Shown: one piece after another, positions 40,073 through 53,380 of the stretch
How positions within the stretch are numbered: the stretch's first letter is position 1
Layout of the letters: every line of letters starts with the position of its first letter
Origin: Octopus sinensis
Lineage: Eukaryota
Length of the DNA: 64,000 bases
Assembly: GCF_006345805.1 (NCBI RefSeq)
Contig: NC_043003.1
Span: forward strand, 75,764,001 to 75,828,000
Direction: 5' to 3'
Program-made: the position numbers and the translations under genes
Notes under the pieces: model-generated
Seen by the model: the letters and a program-made list of their open reading frames with translations, nothing else
What the model was told of the DNA's origin: nothing
Database searches by the model: none

Positions 40073-41519
40073 AATATTTCAATATTCTGTACTATAATCT
40101 GTGAGGTTTTCTAACGTTCAGATTGCAAACAATATATTTATAAGCTGAATTCAATGTCTTTCGAGCCGTAGGGGTTAACGAAAAAGAATGATGGTAAAAT
40201 ACTACTACTAATAATAATAATGATAATAATATTAATAATAATAATTACTGTTGTTGTTGCTGCTGTTGTTCTTGCGGTTGCTGTTAATATATCGTCACCA
40301 TTATCAGCAATGCCATCATCATCGTCGTCGTCGTTGTCATCATCATCACTAGTGTTGCTGTTGCTGTTGATTTTCTTTATTTTTTTAAACTGTATGAAGC
40401 CTAATGTGAGCTATTAGTGACTTTAAGCAATTCTCAAGTGTTGTGTTGTTATGACAGGGATATATTTCAAAATAATTCGGTCTTGCCCGCATAAAACATT
40501 ACAAGAACTGGCGAGAAAACAATACAGATATTGGAGAAAATATGCCAAGTTCAGAATAACAGCAAAGAAAAAGAAAAAAAAATAACGTGGTAAACAAGCA
40601 AATACTAAATGAAATAAAACGATATTCATTCTTGAGTGACTAACTGAATGATATTCTTTTAATGGCCGACTTCCCAGAAAACATGACTGAACATGTTTTT
40701 ACTGATTTATTATTATAATTTGTTTTTCAAGCCCATGAGTGTTCTAATCAGGATTGCTTCGCTTATTCACCGTAGGGAGTTTCGATGACATATAGCTGAA
40801 TTATACAGTTTTGCTCAAGAGATGTAGAGAGTTATCACCGATATGAGACCGAGAGGTAAGAAGATGCCGACAAAAAGAAATGAGAACAACTGGAAGAGGA
40901 AGAATGGGTATGATATGAAGAATGATTTGACTTGAAAACAGTAAAAATTGAAAAATGCATCTTTCAAAATAGGCTGTTGATGTTCATGGTGGTGGTGGGT
41001 ATGGGAGCAGTGGTGTTGGAATGATGTCTATTATGATGGTTTTTCTATTGTTTTTATACATTGTTCGTGATTTTTTGCTTAATTTCCCAATTCGACGTGA
41101 GGAAGAGAGAGAAAGAATATGTAGGGTGCTGTCATGAGCAGATTCTAGAGCTGTTGTTGCTGCTGCCGCCGCCGACGCTGATGCTGCTGTAACTGCTGCT
41201 GCTGTTGATGGTCCTAGTGATGGTGACGATGATGATGATGATGATGATGATGACGACGACGACGATGGTGATGATGACCACGATGATATATCATCATCAT
41301 TATCAGATGTAGCAGCAAGCAAAAGGGGTGAGGAAGCAGCACATGTTGATTTTGATCCTGATAATAATGATGAGTGAAATAAACTGATAACGTGATGTTC
41401 ACAAGATTTCTAATGGAGACGATAGTGTTGATGATGAGCAGCAAGGTTTAAGCCCATACTGTTATTGACGAAAATCATGGGAGTTATGAAAAGCAGGATC
41501 AGCTAGGGATTTAGTAATA

Positions 41520-41652
<133 letters not shown>

Positions 41653-41829
41653 TAGTTTCATTTTTATATCGTGCTTTCACTTCACTACCGAGCGCAGCTC
41701 CGTGTGCCTGGGGTATGTGCTGTGGTTTGTTGTGATGCTCTTGTTTTCACTGTATTGAAACTGTTTTACGTAGGATGTGTGCGGTGCTTAGCAGTGCTAT
41801 TTTCTGTATGTTATATGCCCGTATGCATA

Positions 41830-42060
41830 TGGTGTAGTAGTTAAGAGCGCGGGCTACTAACTCCAGGATTCCGAGTTCGAATCCAGGCAGTGACCTGAAT
41901 AATAATAATAATAATATTAAAGGAACAACATCGAAAACTGAGAACCCAGGTTCGAAATTTTCCCAAGTCACCTGATGAAGGCTGGCGGGTATATCAGCAG
42001 AAACGTTGGGTTAACAACAAATAAAATGAGGATAAGTATCCGTCAAATGTAAATATAAAT
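41830..42060 (+). mobile_element. Short element with a tRNA-derived Pol III head and a hammerhead motif
   Basis: A box TGGTGTAGTAG (41830), B box GAGTTCGAATCC (41873), an (AAT)n linker, then GTCAC-CTGATGA-AGGCTG..CAGCA-GAAAC-GT-T-GGGTT (41967-42012). Confidence 0.65.
41967..42012 (+). ncRNA. Minimal hammerhead ribozyme motif with an intact core and degenerate stems
   Basis: CTGATGA at 41972-41978, stem II GCTG/CAGC, GAAAC at 42000-42004, loopless palindromic stem III AACGTT. Stem I has two mismatches. Confidence 0.6.
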
Positions 42061-42354
42061 AAATATTATCTTGTTTTTCGCATTGTGTTCTGTTTTCGGT
42101 ATTAATCTAAATCGTCTTTGGTATTCCTTTTTTATCTTCCCTTTCATTTGTGCGTGCTGTATCGTATCTAGTTCATTGATTCGTAAGTATTTGCATGTCT
42201 GGCTTTGGTCTAATTATTTTATTTCAGTTGCTTTATCTAGTCTGATGTTGTTACTCTTAACTAGTTTTCCTCTTTTCAAGGTTGCTTGGTACATTTTTCT
42301 AAGCCAAATTGCTTGTCTAATGATTAATTAAACTTAATTATAATTATTAATATT

Positions 42355-42570
42355 GAGATGGTCAGCTGGCAGGATCGCAGCAACGCTGAGCAAAGTATTA
42401 AGATGCATTTCCTATCAGCCTCTCTCATTCTGTGTTTATATGCAGCCACGGATGACTCTGCCTTTTCTTTTTTTTTAGTCGATAAAATAAAGGACAATTT
42501 GTGCACTGAGGTCAGTAGAATCGATCTCACTTCAAAATTGCAGGCGTTGGGCTAAATTTAGAGTAGTTAT
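42355..42570 (+). mobile_element. SINE family A (highly diverged)
   Basis: AGCTGGCAGGATCG...CTCTGCCTTTTC...GTCGATAAAATAAAG...CAAAATTGCAGGC. Confidence 0.5.
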
Positions 42571-45500
42571 GATTGTTATTATTCTTCGTTGTGCTAAACA
42601 CACACACACACACACACACAGGTGCTTTACGTGCGTTTCTTATTTATTTGTATAATGTGTATAACTGCAAACCTTTTTATCGTAATTGTATGCTATTAAA
42701 TTCAATGGCTTGGTTTTTTCTCTCTTTCGGGCGAAAAATTTGCAGAAATTCTGAGTTTTGTTTTGAAAAAATAAAATAAAAATATAAAATCATGCCAGCG
42801 ATTGCCACGCCGCCACTGCCATGCAAGGCAGTAGCTTCAACATTTACAGCAACTACATCAACAACAATGAGAATAGTAATATCAAATCAGTTAATGCAGT
42901 GCACGACGAAGAAGTCTCTACATGAGCACCAACATCCCTTAAATGGTCAACATTAAAAATTACATTATTACGACTACTTACAACCCCACCGCTACCACTA
43001 CCCTACAAGTGGCAGCACTTGAAACACAAACGCCAAATACTTCGCAGGAAGAGTTACAGAAGTTATCTGGTTTTATACGTAGAAAATAAATCATATTTTA
43101 TAATATATGAATGAGGAACTCCCATAGAAATGTCCCTAGAATTATGTAAATGCTGCCAGACAAAAACAATCCATGGTTATGATTTGGTGAAAGACTGATG
43201 TTGGGATTAGCTGCATGCTCTGGTGTACAAAGATATTTGAATAAAATATGGCTTGATATAGACTGTATCACTATGAACTGGCAATTCAGTGTCAACGATG
43301 TTCAAACCTTGAATGTGACCCACGCAGGTAAAGATACATCTGTCTTCTGTTAAAGAGAGGTATAGATACTCATTACGATATATCTTAGAAGACGGTTTTT
43401 GAAAATGAAGGTATCTGGTGGGGCGTTGTCTTTGAATAAGTGGCATGCTAGAGGTGATAATAACACACCTGTATTACATTAACACGGTAGACGAAAGCTT
43501 CGTTAGTAGAGCAAAAGCACATAGTCTGTGAAAAAAGTAAATGAAAGTTGTTTGATGGGCGCTTGAGAGAGGGGTAACAGGGCCTTAATGCTGTAGTTCA
43601 TTATTTCACGGGCCGGGACGGATTCATGCCACGTAATTCTCAGATATTTTGTGGTTTTTCAGCAGCAAAATGATCAACACTTTCACCAGTTATCTCGTCT
43701 CATGGTGGAAGATGCCGAGCGCTACGAAAACCCAACAATAGCTGAGTTACAGATTTTCGTGTTGGATTTTACAAAGCACAGATCCCATGACCTGCATCGT
43801 CTACTCTAAGATCTTTGCATGTATTTCGAATCTCGTTCGCCAACGTCTAGGCAAACATCTGTTGCAACTAACAGCAGAAGTATATCACCAATATTGTAAG
43901 ACAGGGTGCAGTGACACAGTTGAGCAAAATATTACAAACGACAAGCAATTCATGATGGCCGGCCCATAACTCTACTACATGCAGTTTTTAGATTTCGGCC
44001 GAGACGATGGTAAAATCTTTGGCCGTGGTGTTCATAAAAGGCTTCGGCCAACCTTATCGTGAGCGTTCTCTCGAAAGGAGAAATGTAGGCAATTGCAAAC
44101 CAAATTTAACCAAAACAAACTGCACCTCATGCAATATATCGCACTTAGGTCAGATCTCAAAACTGATTTTGGTTGGACTCTAATCAGATTACGTGAATCG
44201 AAGCTTTTGCTTGGATCGATCTTCGCTAGCAGGTGTTTTTTTCTTATGGCAGCCCGATTTAGCGCTCGTCTTCAGTGTCTTCATCGATCTAATGTATTGC
44301 GGATTCTGGCTGGTGATCAGACTAAATAGCCACATATCAAAAAAGCTTCAGATCACACGCTTAATCTCCTAATTATATCTTCGAGCGTCTCTTCCGTTCT
44401 CAATTAATCTCGCGGAATTGCTGATGAAATTGTAGTTTCTAGGGACATCCCCTTCGAAATAATACTAACAAGAGCTGTGCCGGTATATAGAAATAATGAT
44501 TGTATCATATTATCGGACAGCACAAAAATCAAGGAGACCCGTTCCTTTGTAAATGTATACTATAAACCCTCTCTTTGAGTCTTCCTAATTTTCTGAATTA
44601 TTTCGGCTTTCTTCGTATCCACACGACTATCTTATGTTTTTACTATGCGCCTTTTTCATGCTTTTCATGCCTTTATGGAGAAATCCCATTAGAAAAATCT
44701 GTGTAATTAGAATTCAGTATGGTACCGTTATATTTATGTGCAAACGACTTTACATTTACTACTATCATCGAAAGTGCAGCCATCCAATTGCACAATTCGC
44801 TCAGCATAACCTTGCCTGCATTTGAACTCTTTTTAGTGCTAGCTCACTGCACTTGCTTAGCAGGAAACTGAATACCATCGTCCTTTTTTACACGTAACGC
44901 TCTTCCTGCTCGCCAGAGTTTTTCTAATTTATTCCTTTTGCTTGTTTCTGATGAACTATTATTTTGTTGCTGTTTTTGGCTTTCTTGTTGTCGTAATCGT
45001 TATTGTTCTTATTGCTACTGCTACTGTTATTGCTGTCGCTGTTGCTGATGATGATGAGCAGCTGCTGATGATGACGATGATAATGATGATATAGATATTA
45101 CTGTTGTTCGTTTGTACATTTCAGAATATTTTTTTCACAGTTTTCCCCAGAAATTGAAATGTATTTGATTTACAATGTACGTCTCCGATATAGAAGAAAA
45201 ACCTGCTTCTGTTGGTGAGATTTTCGTTTTGCTTTTCCATCATGATGGGTGGTATGTAGTTGTTTTGTTTAAATTTTATTTTACATAATTGTATGTTTTA
45301 TTTCCAAAATAACGTGTGTACTTTTGATACAATTGTATTCATCACTCAAGTATGTAATGCACAGGAAGTGACAGAAGGTTTCAATGGGAAATGGAGGGAG
45401 GCTGGAGGAGCGATGAACATGTCAGGAAAGCCTCTTACTAGTAACACTACTGTGTACTCATAACAACACCAGACTTTGTCAGAGCGAAAAAAAAACGTGT

Positions 45501-47903
45501 CAGCTTCTGATTTTGAAGGTAAAATCAAAACAGCAGACAAAAACATCAATAACAAATGATAAAAAAAATAACAATATCAACTACGAGATCAGAACGAAGA
45601 TTTTGTTTATTGTCATAGGCAGCGGTGAGTGGATTATGTAGTCACCAGATCGGAAAGAAAAATGTATTTAAAAATATAAGCGCGATATTATGAGCTCGAT
45701 ATTCATGAAACTTCCAATAGAAGAGATGAAGAAAACCCAAAACGAAAAGTGTGATATTGTTTATAAATGCATTTACAAAAACAAAAGAATAATGTTATTC
45801 CAGTCCGGCACATGTAGAAAAATACCTACATGAATTTCTTTTTCCATGGTAGTGTGTACAACATGAGGTAAACATCACGAGAGAGGCGTTGGTGTTTGTA
45901 ACACCGATGTTGGAACAAGATGTGGCATCCAACACTTGCGTATCTCAAGAATTTATTGCTTTCTTTATAGCTGGTAACAGAGGTGACACAAATACAAGCC
46001 TCTGAAACACATTCCACCGAAACCAGAAAACAGTAATGGTTGGAGGCACTGTTGAAGAATTAATTGGTATGTCTCATGATTTTCTAATGATCTTGGAAGT
46101 TACGATTTAACTGATATCCTGGACCAATTACAGTTCGAAGAGCGAGAGAAAACTGCCTGTTACTTTTATAGCAGAACGAGCCAACTTCAGGTTTTCTTTC
46201 CGATGCAAATGCAAAGAAATATAACGTCACAGACTATCACTACAACGAATTCTAAAAGAATCTGCAACCGAACTAATAGCAGAAAAGATACAAAAATTCT
46301 GCCTCTACTTATATAAAAAGGGGCTCATGAGCAAATCTGCACACTGCCACCACCATCAACAACATCAATAAAGGAAATAATGAGATGCAGTACAAGAACA
46401 GTATTAATACTATTAACAAACAAAAACTACTGCAGAAAGAATCGCAAAACTCTATCTAGGCTTCACAAGCACTGAGATTTAGAGGAGAGAAATAGCACGC
46501 ATTTGTCAGACTGGTATATTTTACGAACTCCGTCAAAATGTAAGAAATATCGGACAAACGAAATATGTTGGTTTGAAAATCTAAACAGAAAAATTAGCAA
46601 AACAATCTTCTTCCAAAATATATGTGGCAAAAAATGGAAAGCCACAACTAGAGAAACAACAACGAACACAGCAGGAATAGTAACCACATCGACAGCAATT
46701 CTACACAAGCATTCTCAGAAAAAATACAGTACAGCAAGCACAGTAGTAATAAGAAACAAAGCAACAACCTGCAACATCTAGAACAGGAACAACGTTATCA
46801 AAACCAAGAATAAGATCAACAAGATCCAACAAAGTAATAGTAAAAGACAACACCGGATAAATGAACAAAATCAAAAACAACAGGAATTACAAAGCTGACA
46901 AAATCAACAGACACAACAAGTTACTGGTAAGCGTTTCCGTTAGATACTACTCCGATTAGAGACGAAGAGTTGGTGTGGTGGAGCGCGTTCACTCCAGTAA
47001 ACACAAAATATTTAATTGCTACGAGGTCTTCGATGATTTAACGTTATCATGTACCCCACAAAGGCGATCTCTAGTGTGAAGCATGTTTCCATATTACGTG
47101 AGAAAATTTGAAAACATATTAGGGAAAAGGATTGTAGAGGGCATACACAGAGATCTGAAATGCAAATGTATAGTAACTGACCTGCCTCTCTCCTTAAACG
47201 GGGAATTTTCTTTTCTTACTTAAATGGTTTTAGTAAATGTAGAAAGTATAAATTTGCAAGTACTGGGGTCAACATGAAAGCAAGGGGTCTACGATCTGAG
47301 GGAGTTTCTTATATGATGTAGCCTTTAGTGAAACCATATTGAAAAGACTAACAGATACCGGTGCAGCAAACTAGTTAAACGAAAGTTGGTTGGCACCAAT
47401 ATCAAGGGAAAATTCTTTCTAGTAAAGAGAAATGAATAGAATAGTACCGTTTCGATTTAGTCGTGAGTTAGGTGCATCGAATAGTAAAATTTAGGTGGAA
47501 TTAATTGGCAAATAACCTAGTAGTAAATAACCTGCTAGCAATGAGAATAGCTCTCGATTATTTCTTCGATGAGAAATGCGAACCATATATTATCAAATTT
47601 TGGGGACGTGCGCTGAAGCATGAGTATATGAAAGCAGTTGGGTGAATTTAGATGGTTGAAGTGCAGTGCAATCACTACGCTGGGATGCAATGTATCACGA
47701 ACTGCGACTGTACCGACACTATGGTTGTACACAATTAAATGCGGTTTTCTAACAGAATTTACGAATGCTGTTCTTCCGAGAATGCCGGCCTACTGACGGT
47801 AACATTGATACCTATACCGTGTATTTGGAAAGCAGATTTCAGCAGACGAAGTAGCCACTGGGCAGATGCACGACACTATGGTTGGGAATCAAACTTTGAA
47901 TAA

Positions 47904-47910
47904 ATTATTA

Positions 47911-47994
<84 letters not shown>

Positions 47995-48004
47995 TTACTA
48001 TTAC

Positions 48005-48092
<88 letters not shown>
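47904..48092. repeat. (TAT)n microsatellite
   Basis: Directly visible. Confidence 0.95.
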
Positions 48093-48642
48093 GAGTGAGA
48101 GCAGTGAATGCCATCAAAGTGACACTGGGGTAAAATATACGAAGCCCAGTATACCAATCAAGACCACCCGTCTGATAAAGGTACAAAAGGCACATGCATC
48201 ACAACCATATGTGCGCGACATAGTTATCAATTATCAAGATTGACAGCGCATGAAGCTTCAGGTGGTGCCCAGCCAGAAATTTCTTCAGGTCGAGTAGCCC
48301 ATCTCACTCAAAAAGTCCCTGAATAAGGGTTGTTTAGAATGATTAACAAAACACCCATGTTTCCAGAGGTGAATTATTCAAACCTCAGAGAATTCCTCTC
48401 AATACATGGCTAAGATGCTCCCCCAACACTTCTGCTCGTGATCAGAGATGCACATATCGTCATCCACAAAGGACATGCTCAACTGCTTAAGGTCAAACCA
48501 CTGACTAGTAAATCTGTAGTATTGAACTGTATTTGCTGAAGCGCATCTTTTATACCAAGACAAAACAATGTACATGATAACACTTCCAATCAGTTAAGAT
48601 CAGACGCTATGATAGTCACTACCTGGTATTGCATCAAGGTAT
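48093..48642 (-). mobile_element. ~550-bp non-coding interspersed element embedded in a (TAA)n tract
   Basis: A block of higher GC content bounded by (TAT)n on both sides. The minus-strand 3' end ...CACTGCTCTCACTC runs directly into (AAT)n. Confidence 0.55.
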
Positions 48643-48831
48643 TTATTATTATTATTATTGTTGTTTTAGTTGTTGTTGTTGTTAAGTATCCGTTAAACAC
48701 TGATATCGATGTTAACCTCCGCACCTGCTCCAAATTTGCTGGTCTTGTGCCCAAATTTTAAACTGCTATTATCATTATTTTTCTTCTTCTTCTTCTTCGT
48801 ATTATTATGATCATTATTATTATTATTATTA

Positions 48832-48884
<53 letters not shown>

Positions 48885-48899
48885 TACTTCCCAGTCGCT

Positions 48900-50950
48900 A
48901 CCTACCGAAACAAATTTCACAATTCTTCTCTGTCTTGCAATTTCATCGATCTTCCCCAGTTTCCCACCATTGTTTCGAAATTAGTCTTCACTGATAAGTA
49001 TTCTTCTAATATTTGAATACTTTCAAAAAACGCTACGATTAACTTTTGTATGTGTTGTATTGCTTGTTTTGCATCTTTGTGTATCTTAGTTATTAAATGC
49101 ATTATATGCATTAATTGTGCAGTGTCAAATATAGCATTTTTCTTTTTTTTGAAAGCTGTTTTTAACATGTATCCTCAGTGGATGCATACATTTGGTTGCT
49201 TGTGTTTTGATGATACACAAGATACTTATTTTTTAGGGTGGATTTTGATTCTAATCATTATTTTCTAGTTATCCCCCTTTTCTAAATGTTTAGATATCGA
49301 CAAATTCTCCATTTCTTTTTGGGATATGTATGCATTTGTTCGAATTGATCAAATTGAATATTTACAATATTATCGAGTCGACTTTCCTTCATCCGAATAT
49401 TTGTAGGAAACTCAATATCCCAAAATGTGGCTACACAGATATTGTTACAGGATTTATTGTAAATATTCATACACTGATTCTTCCATGGATATTTCATACT
49501 TCAGCTATAATTTCCTATATAATGAAAGCTACTACAGTTCTATCATGCATATAAAAATTATTTCTTTTTGTCTCAGAATAGGCATCGCTGAAAATACTGG
49601 TGAATTTTTATTCAAAATGTTCTCATAGACTTCCTCTAACCTTTGTATTCAGATTCTGTATATGTCTCTGGCATTTTATATCTCCGACTTAAGCACCGTC
49701 TATCATATATCCATTTTTGTTTTGTACAATATTTCCATGCCTTTCTTCATGTAGCATCTTTATTTGCTATCTTTAATATGACCATTTTTGGTTCTTCCTT
49801 TTACTCAGCTATCGATGTCATTTGGGTTTTTCTTTTTTGGTTGTTTTAGTGATTTCAGTTATCTTCCCCTTCTTTTTACATATATTCATATCCACAGCTA
49901 GTTTTATTTTATGTTTGACTTCCTTTAAGACAAAATTTATTGATTATGGTTTGGCTTATATCTTGTAGCTATTTGTATTAACTTCGTATTGTTCTTCCCT
50001 TTATATTTGTATAGTCGAACAGTACACGTTATATAATAATCTTCTTGTTTCAAAACGCTCCCGCCCACCATTACTCGTGGTAAATATCTCCAGTCGTTAT
50101 CGGATTTTGTATGTTGCATCCGGAATGTAGTCATTACTACACTTGTTTTCCTGTCTGGATAATTTAATTGGCTTCCATTTCGTATGTACAACAATAACTG
50201 ATCACAGTCTTTCCACAACATCTTTTGTTGAAAGAATCGTTTTTGATATCCATAATGACATATTGTTTACAACTGAGCAACGATATTGTGGCTTAGGTTT
50301 TTTTAGTTCCAGCTAGTTCATTTGTTTCTTAACTATTGTTTTTATGCGTTTTGTCTATATCTTTCTTTTCCCGCTTGCTTCTCGAATGATGTTGTTTATT
50401 ATGTGTTGAAACATTCATATTTATTTTCCCAATTTCTCTGCATGCTTTTTTCCCCCTAATGTTTGAGCAAGTTTAGATCTTCTTATGTAATTAATGCTGG
50501 GATATTTCTGTTTATTGCTCCATGCTACTTGTGTTTGATCCATAAATTATTTCGTTTATCTATATGTTATAGATATTCATATCTGTTTTCATTCATTAAG
50601 GTTTATTTATTTAATTTTGTTGTTTTTAAGCATTAACAGTGAATGTTTTTTTTTATTAATTACTTGATTAGTTCTATCCTTAAATTACTACTATATTAAT
50701 GGATTATATCTTTAAATTATTCTTTCAATCCTTTCTTTACTATATATCCCTTGTGTTAATATTTTCATTTGTCTAGCCGTGCTGCAGCATTTATTGAACA
50801 GCTTTCTAAGACTGGTACGTATTGTGTTTTGTTATATATCTTGATTGTTTAGCAAATGACAGTTGAGTCTTCGGTATTTAGATTCTCAATGCCTGTAACT
50901 AGAGACGTGTAATGTCATTGTTTACATTTGTCATGCGTCCGTAATATGAT
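48900..50950 (-). mobile_element. Highly degenerate L1/Tx1-like LINE ORF2 remnant
   Basis: Minus-strand fragments such as SQLNYPDRKT..FRMQH...W.YL (resembling GGLxxPD) and a C-terminal KWRICRY region. Many stops. Confidence 0.4.
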
Positions 50951-51459
50951 ATAGAAAGCATAATCCTTCATGAAGACTAACATGAGAAATACGTTACTTA
51001 TATTATGCAAGAAGCCTATCCATTCCTTCATATTGTGTTATTTCGATTTGAGATATATTGTAATATAAATAATGACTATAGAAGAGATGAAGAATGTAAA
51101 ACATATTAGTATTATTGACGTAATTAATAGAAGCATTGGTAATTAGTCAAGCAGCATTACGTTCTGGTTTCAAATCTGACCGAGATGAACTTTGTTTTGG
51201 CTATATGGGTATGATATTTTATGTATTACAATACATCCGTATTGATATGTGACCGGGAAAAAGATAATTTTAATGAAATATGAAATACATTTTGTTTTAA
51301 ATGGTTATTCTTGTGCTTAAGTTATCAGTTAACATTACAACTTGCTCAGATGAAATAATTACCTATGGCTACCGGTGTATAAGAATCTTGGTAGCAGTTA
51401 CTTTATAAAACATTGGGCTTGAATTAGTTTCCGTTCTTCCTATTATGCATATGTGTGAA

Positions 51460-51605
51460 GACGGTTAGCTGGTAGAAACGTAAGCACACCCAGTAAAAAG
51501 TGGCATTTCGTCCAATTTACTTTCTGAGTTCAAATTTTGCCGAGTCGGTTTTGCCTTTCATCCCTTTCGGGGTCGATATAATAAGTAGCAGTTGAACACT
51601 GATGT
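51460..51605 (+). mobile_element. SINE family A, 5' fragment
   Basis: TTCTGAGTTCAAATTTTGCCGAGTCGGTTTTGCCTTTCATCCCTTTCGGGGTCGATA. Confidence 0.75.
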
Positions 51606-52159
51606 CCATGATATTCTGTCGCCTAAGGATGATGATTTTCCTCCACTTTCTTCTTTTTCTTCTTTGTAAGGTGTGTGTAAGACGAACAGCGACAATGGCA
51701 TCAGGGGCAAGGGTAATAATACCATTTTCGAAAGTAATAGTTTTGATAGGGAGGAAATGACAATGATGATTACCTTTCAAGGTTCAACTCCCGTACCGGC
51801 GGGCGAGAGTGACGGTAGGAGCGGCAACAAGAGTAACAACAATGTTCGCAATGAAGGGCACAAGAGTAGCCGTTGTAGCAGCAGCAGTATTTGCGGTAGC
51901 AGCAGCATTGACAGCAGCATGGGATGCAGCAGCAGCAGTACAGACTTTAATAGAAATAGTAAAGTGGAAGAAGATTGAAATGGTAACAATTGTAGCATAG
52001 TGGTAGCAATAATAGCAGCAGTGGAAGCAGTTACAATCCCACCGACTGCAACATTAGTAAGGCCTCTTCACAAGGTGTTGTTGCCTCAAAAGAGCTTTTT
52101 ATTATCTCTCTAGAGGATAAAAATTCTAAATTGCCGAAGGCGGTTAGATTTATTTCGAA

Positions 52160-52790
52160 AAACTGAGGAGAGTGAGCCAACTTGCCTGAGAGGTTGGCTG
52201 TTACTGCCAGAATAGTAGTGACAGGTAGATGCTTCAGCTTCAAATCTAATTGTCTGGAAACGGCCAAGAACGCCCAGCTTGAATGTTCCCTACACGATAT
52301 ATTGCAGGGTATAGGCCATATAACGAGGGAAAGGCTGAATCAGCGGGGACGAAGTCTAGTTTAATACTGAAGCCCTGGAAATCCAACAATCGGTGGCCGC
52401 CTGCTGCAGTGTAAAACTTTGTCTTTTTCCCTACGTATTTAGGAAGAAGGGCTGAAGGTATGTGAAAGTTACAATACATAGGTTGCCAACGGAACTAGAT
52501 TTGGGTGAATTTTGGATTGCTTAATATAGCAGGAAAGTGAAACTTCCTGGAGCAAAGATAAGAAGGAAAAACTGGATCACACTGGAGGTACTTTTCTACC
52601 AGAAGCCGACCATCTAGAGAGAATCCTGGACCTGATCTTCCAACTGAATGCAGGATGGTTATTAGTCACTGTGGAGGATATACGTCTGAGATGCCACGTC
52701 AGTGGAATGACAGATAATCTATGGGTGTTTTGCCTACGCAGCAAAAGCAAATACGGACAATGGAGGGTCCTGTTTCTACCATCACAGCTG
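52160..52790 (+). other. Probable degenerate retroelement ORF1/gag-like fragment
   Basis: Higher-GC, coding-like block (FPTYLGRRA..VTIHRLPTELDLGEFWIA) with stops. No diagnostic motif was recognised. Confidence 0.25.
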
Positions 52791-53380
52791 CTGCTACAAC
52801 AACAGCGATATCTACAACAAAGGAAGAAAAACAAAGCAACAACAGCAACATTGGTTTGTGCGTCACATGATAAAGTATTGAAATACATATAAATACATAC
52901 ATAATACATACATACATAAACATACACACATAAACATACATACATACATACATACATATATACATGCAGATTGGGCCAGGAAATCGGATATAGATTGAGC
53001 AAAGTTTCTGTTTCATTGGCAGGCTGCAGGAGAGGCTGTGAAAAATAGGCATATTTTTATACAAGTCAAATGCACGGCACGTGCATCCTTCGCTGCACAG
53101 TCTATGAACCTGCCCGTCTGATGTGAATATCACTTTGAAAATCAACTACAAAGAGGGCAACTATAGTCAACTGTATCCAGCTTCTGTATCTGGATTAAAT
53201 ATCTACTTTCCAAATATGGAGTTTGGCTCTTTATACATATATGCATACAAACATAATACATACATACATACGTACGTACATAATACATACATACATACGT
53301 ACGTACATAATACATACATACATACATACATACATACATACATACATACATACATACATACATACATACATACATACATA

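Noticed and set aside
44410-44470. CTGATGA...CGAAA hammerhead-like cores
   Set aside because: Stems I-III cannot be formed; the region looks like a faint LINE remnant.
52441-52462. 15-nt microexon candidate (TATTTAG|GAAGAAGGGCTGAAG|GTATGT)
   Set aside because: It lies inside a probable retroelement ORF remnant, so coincidence is likely; it would only matter if junction reads exist.
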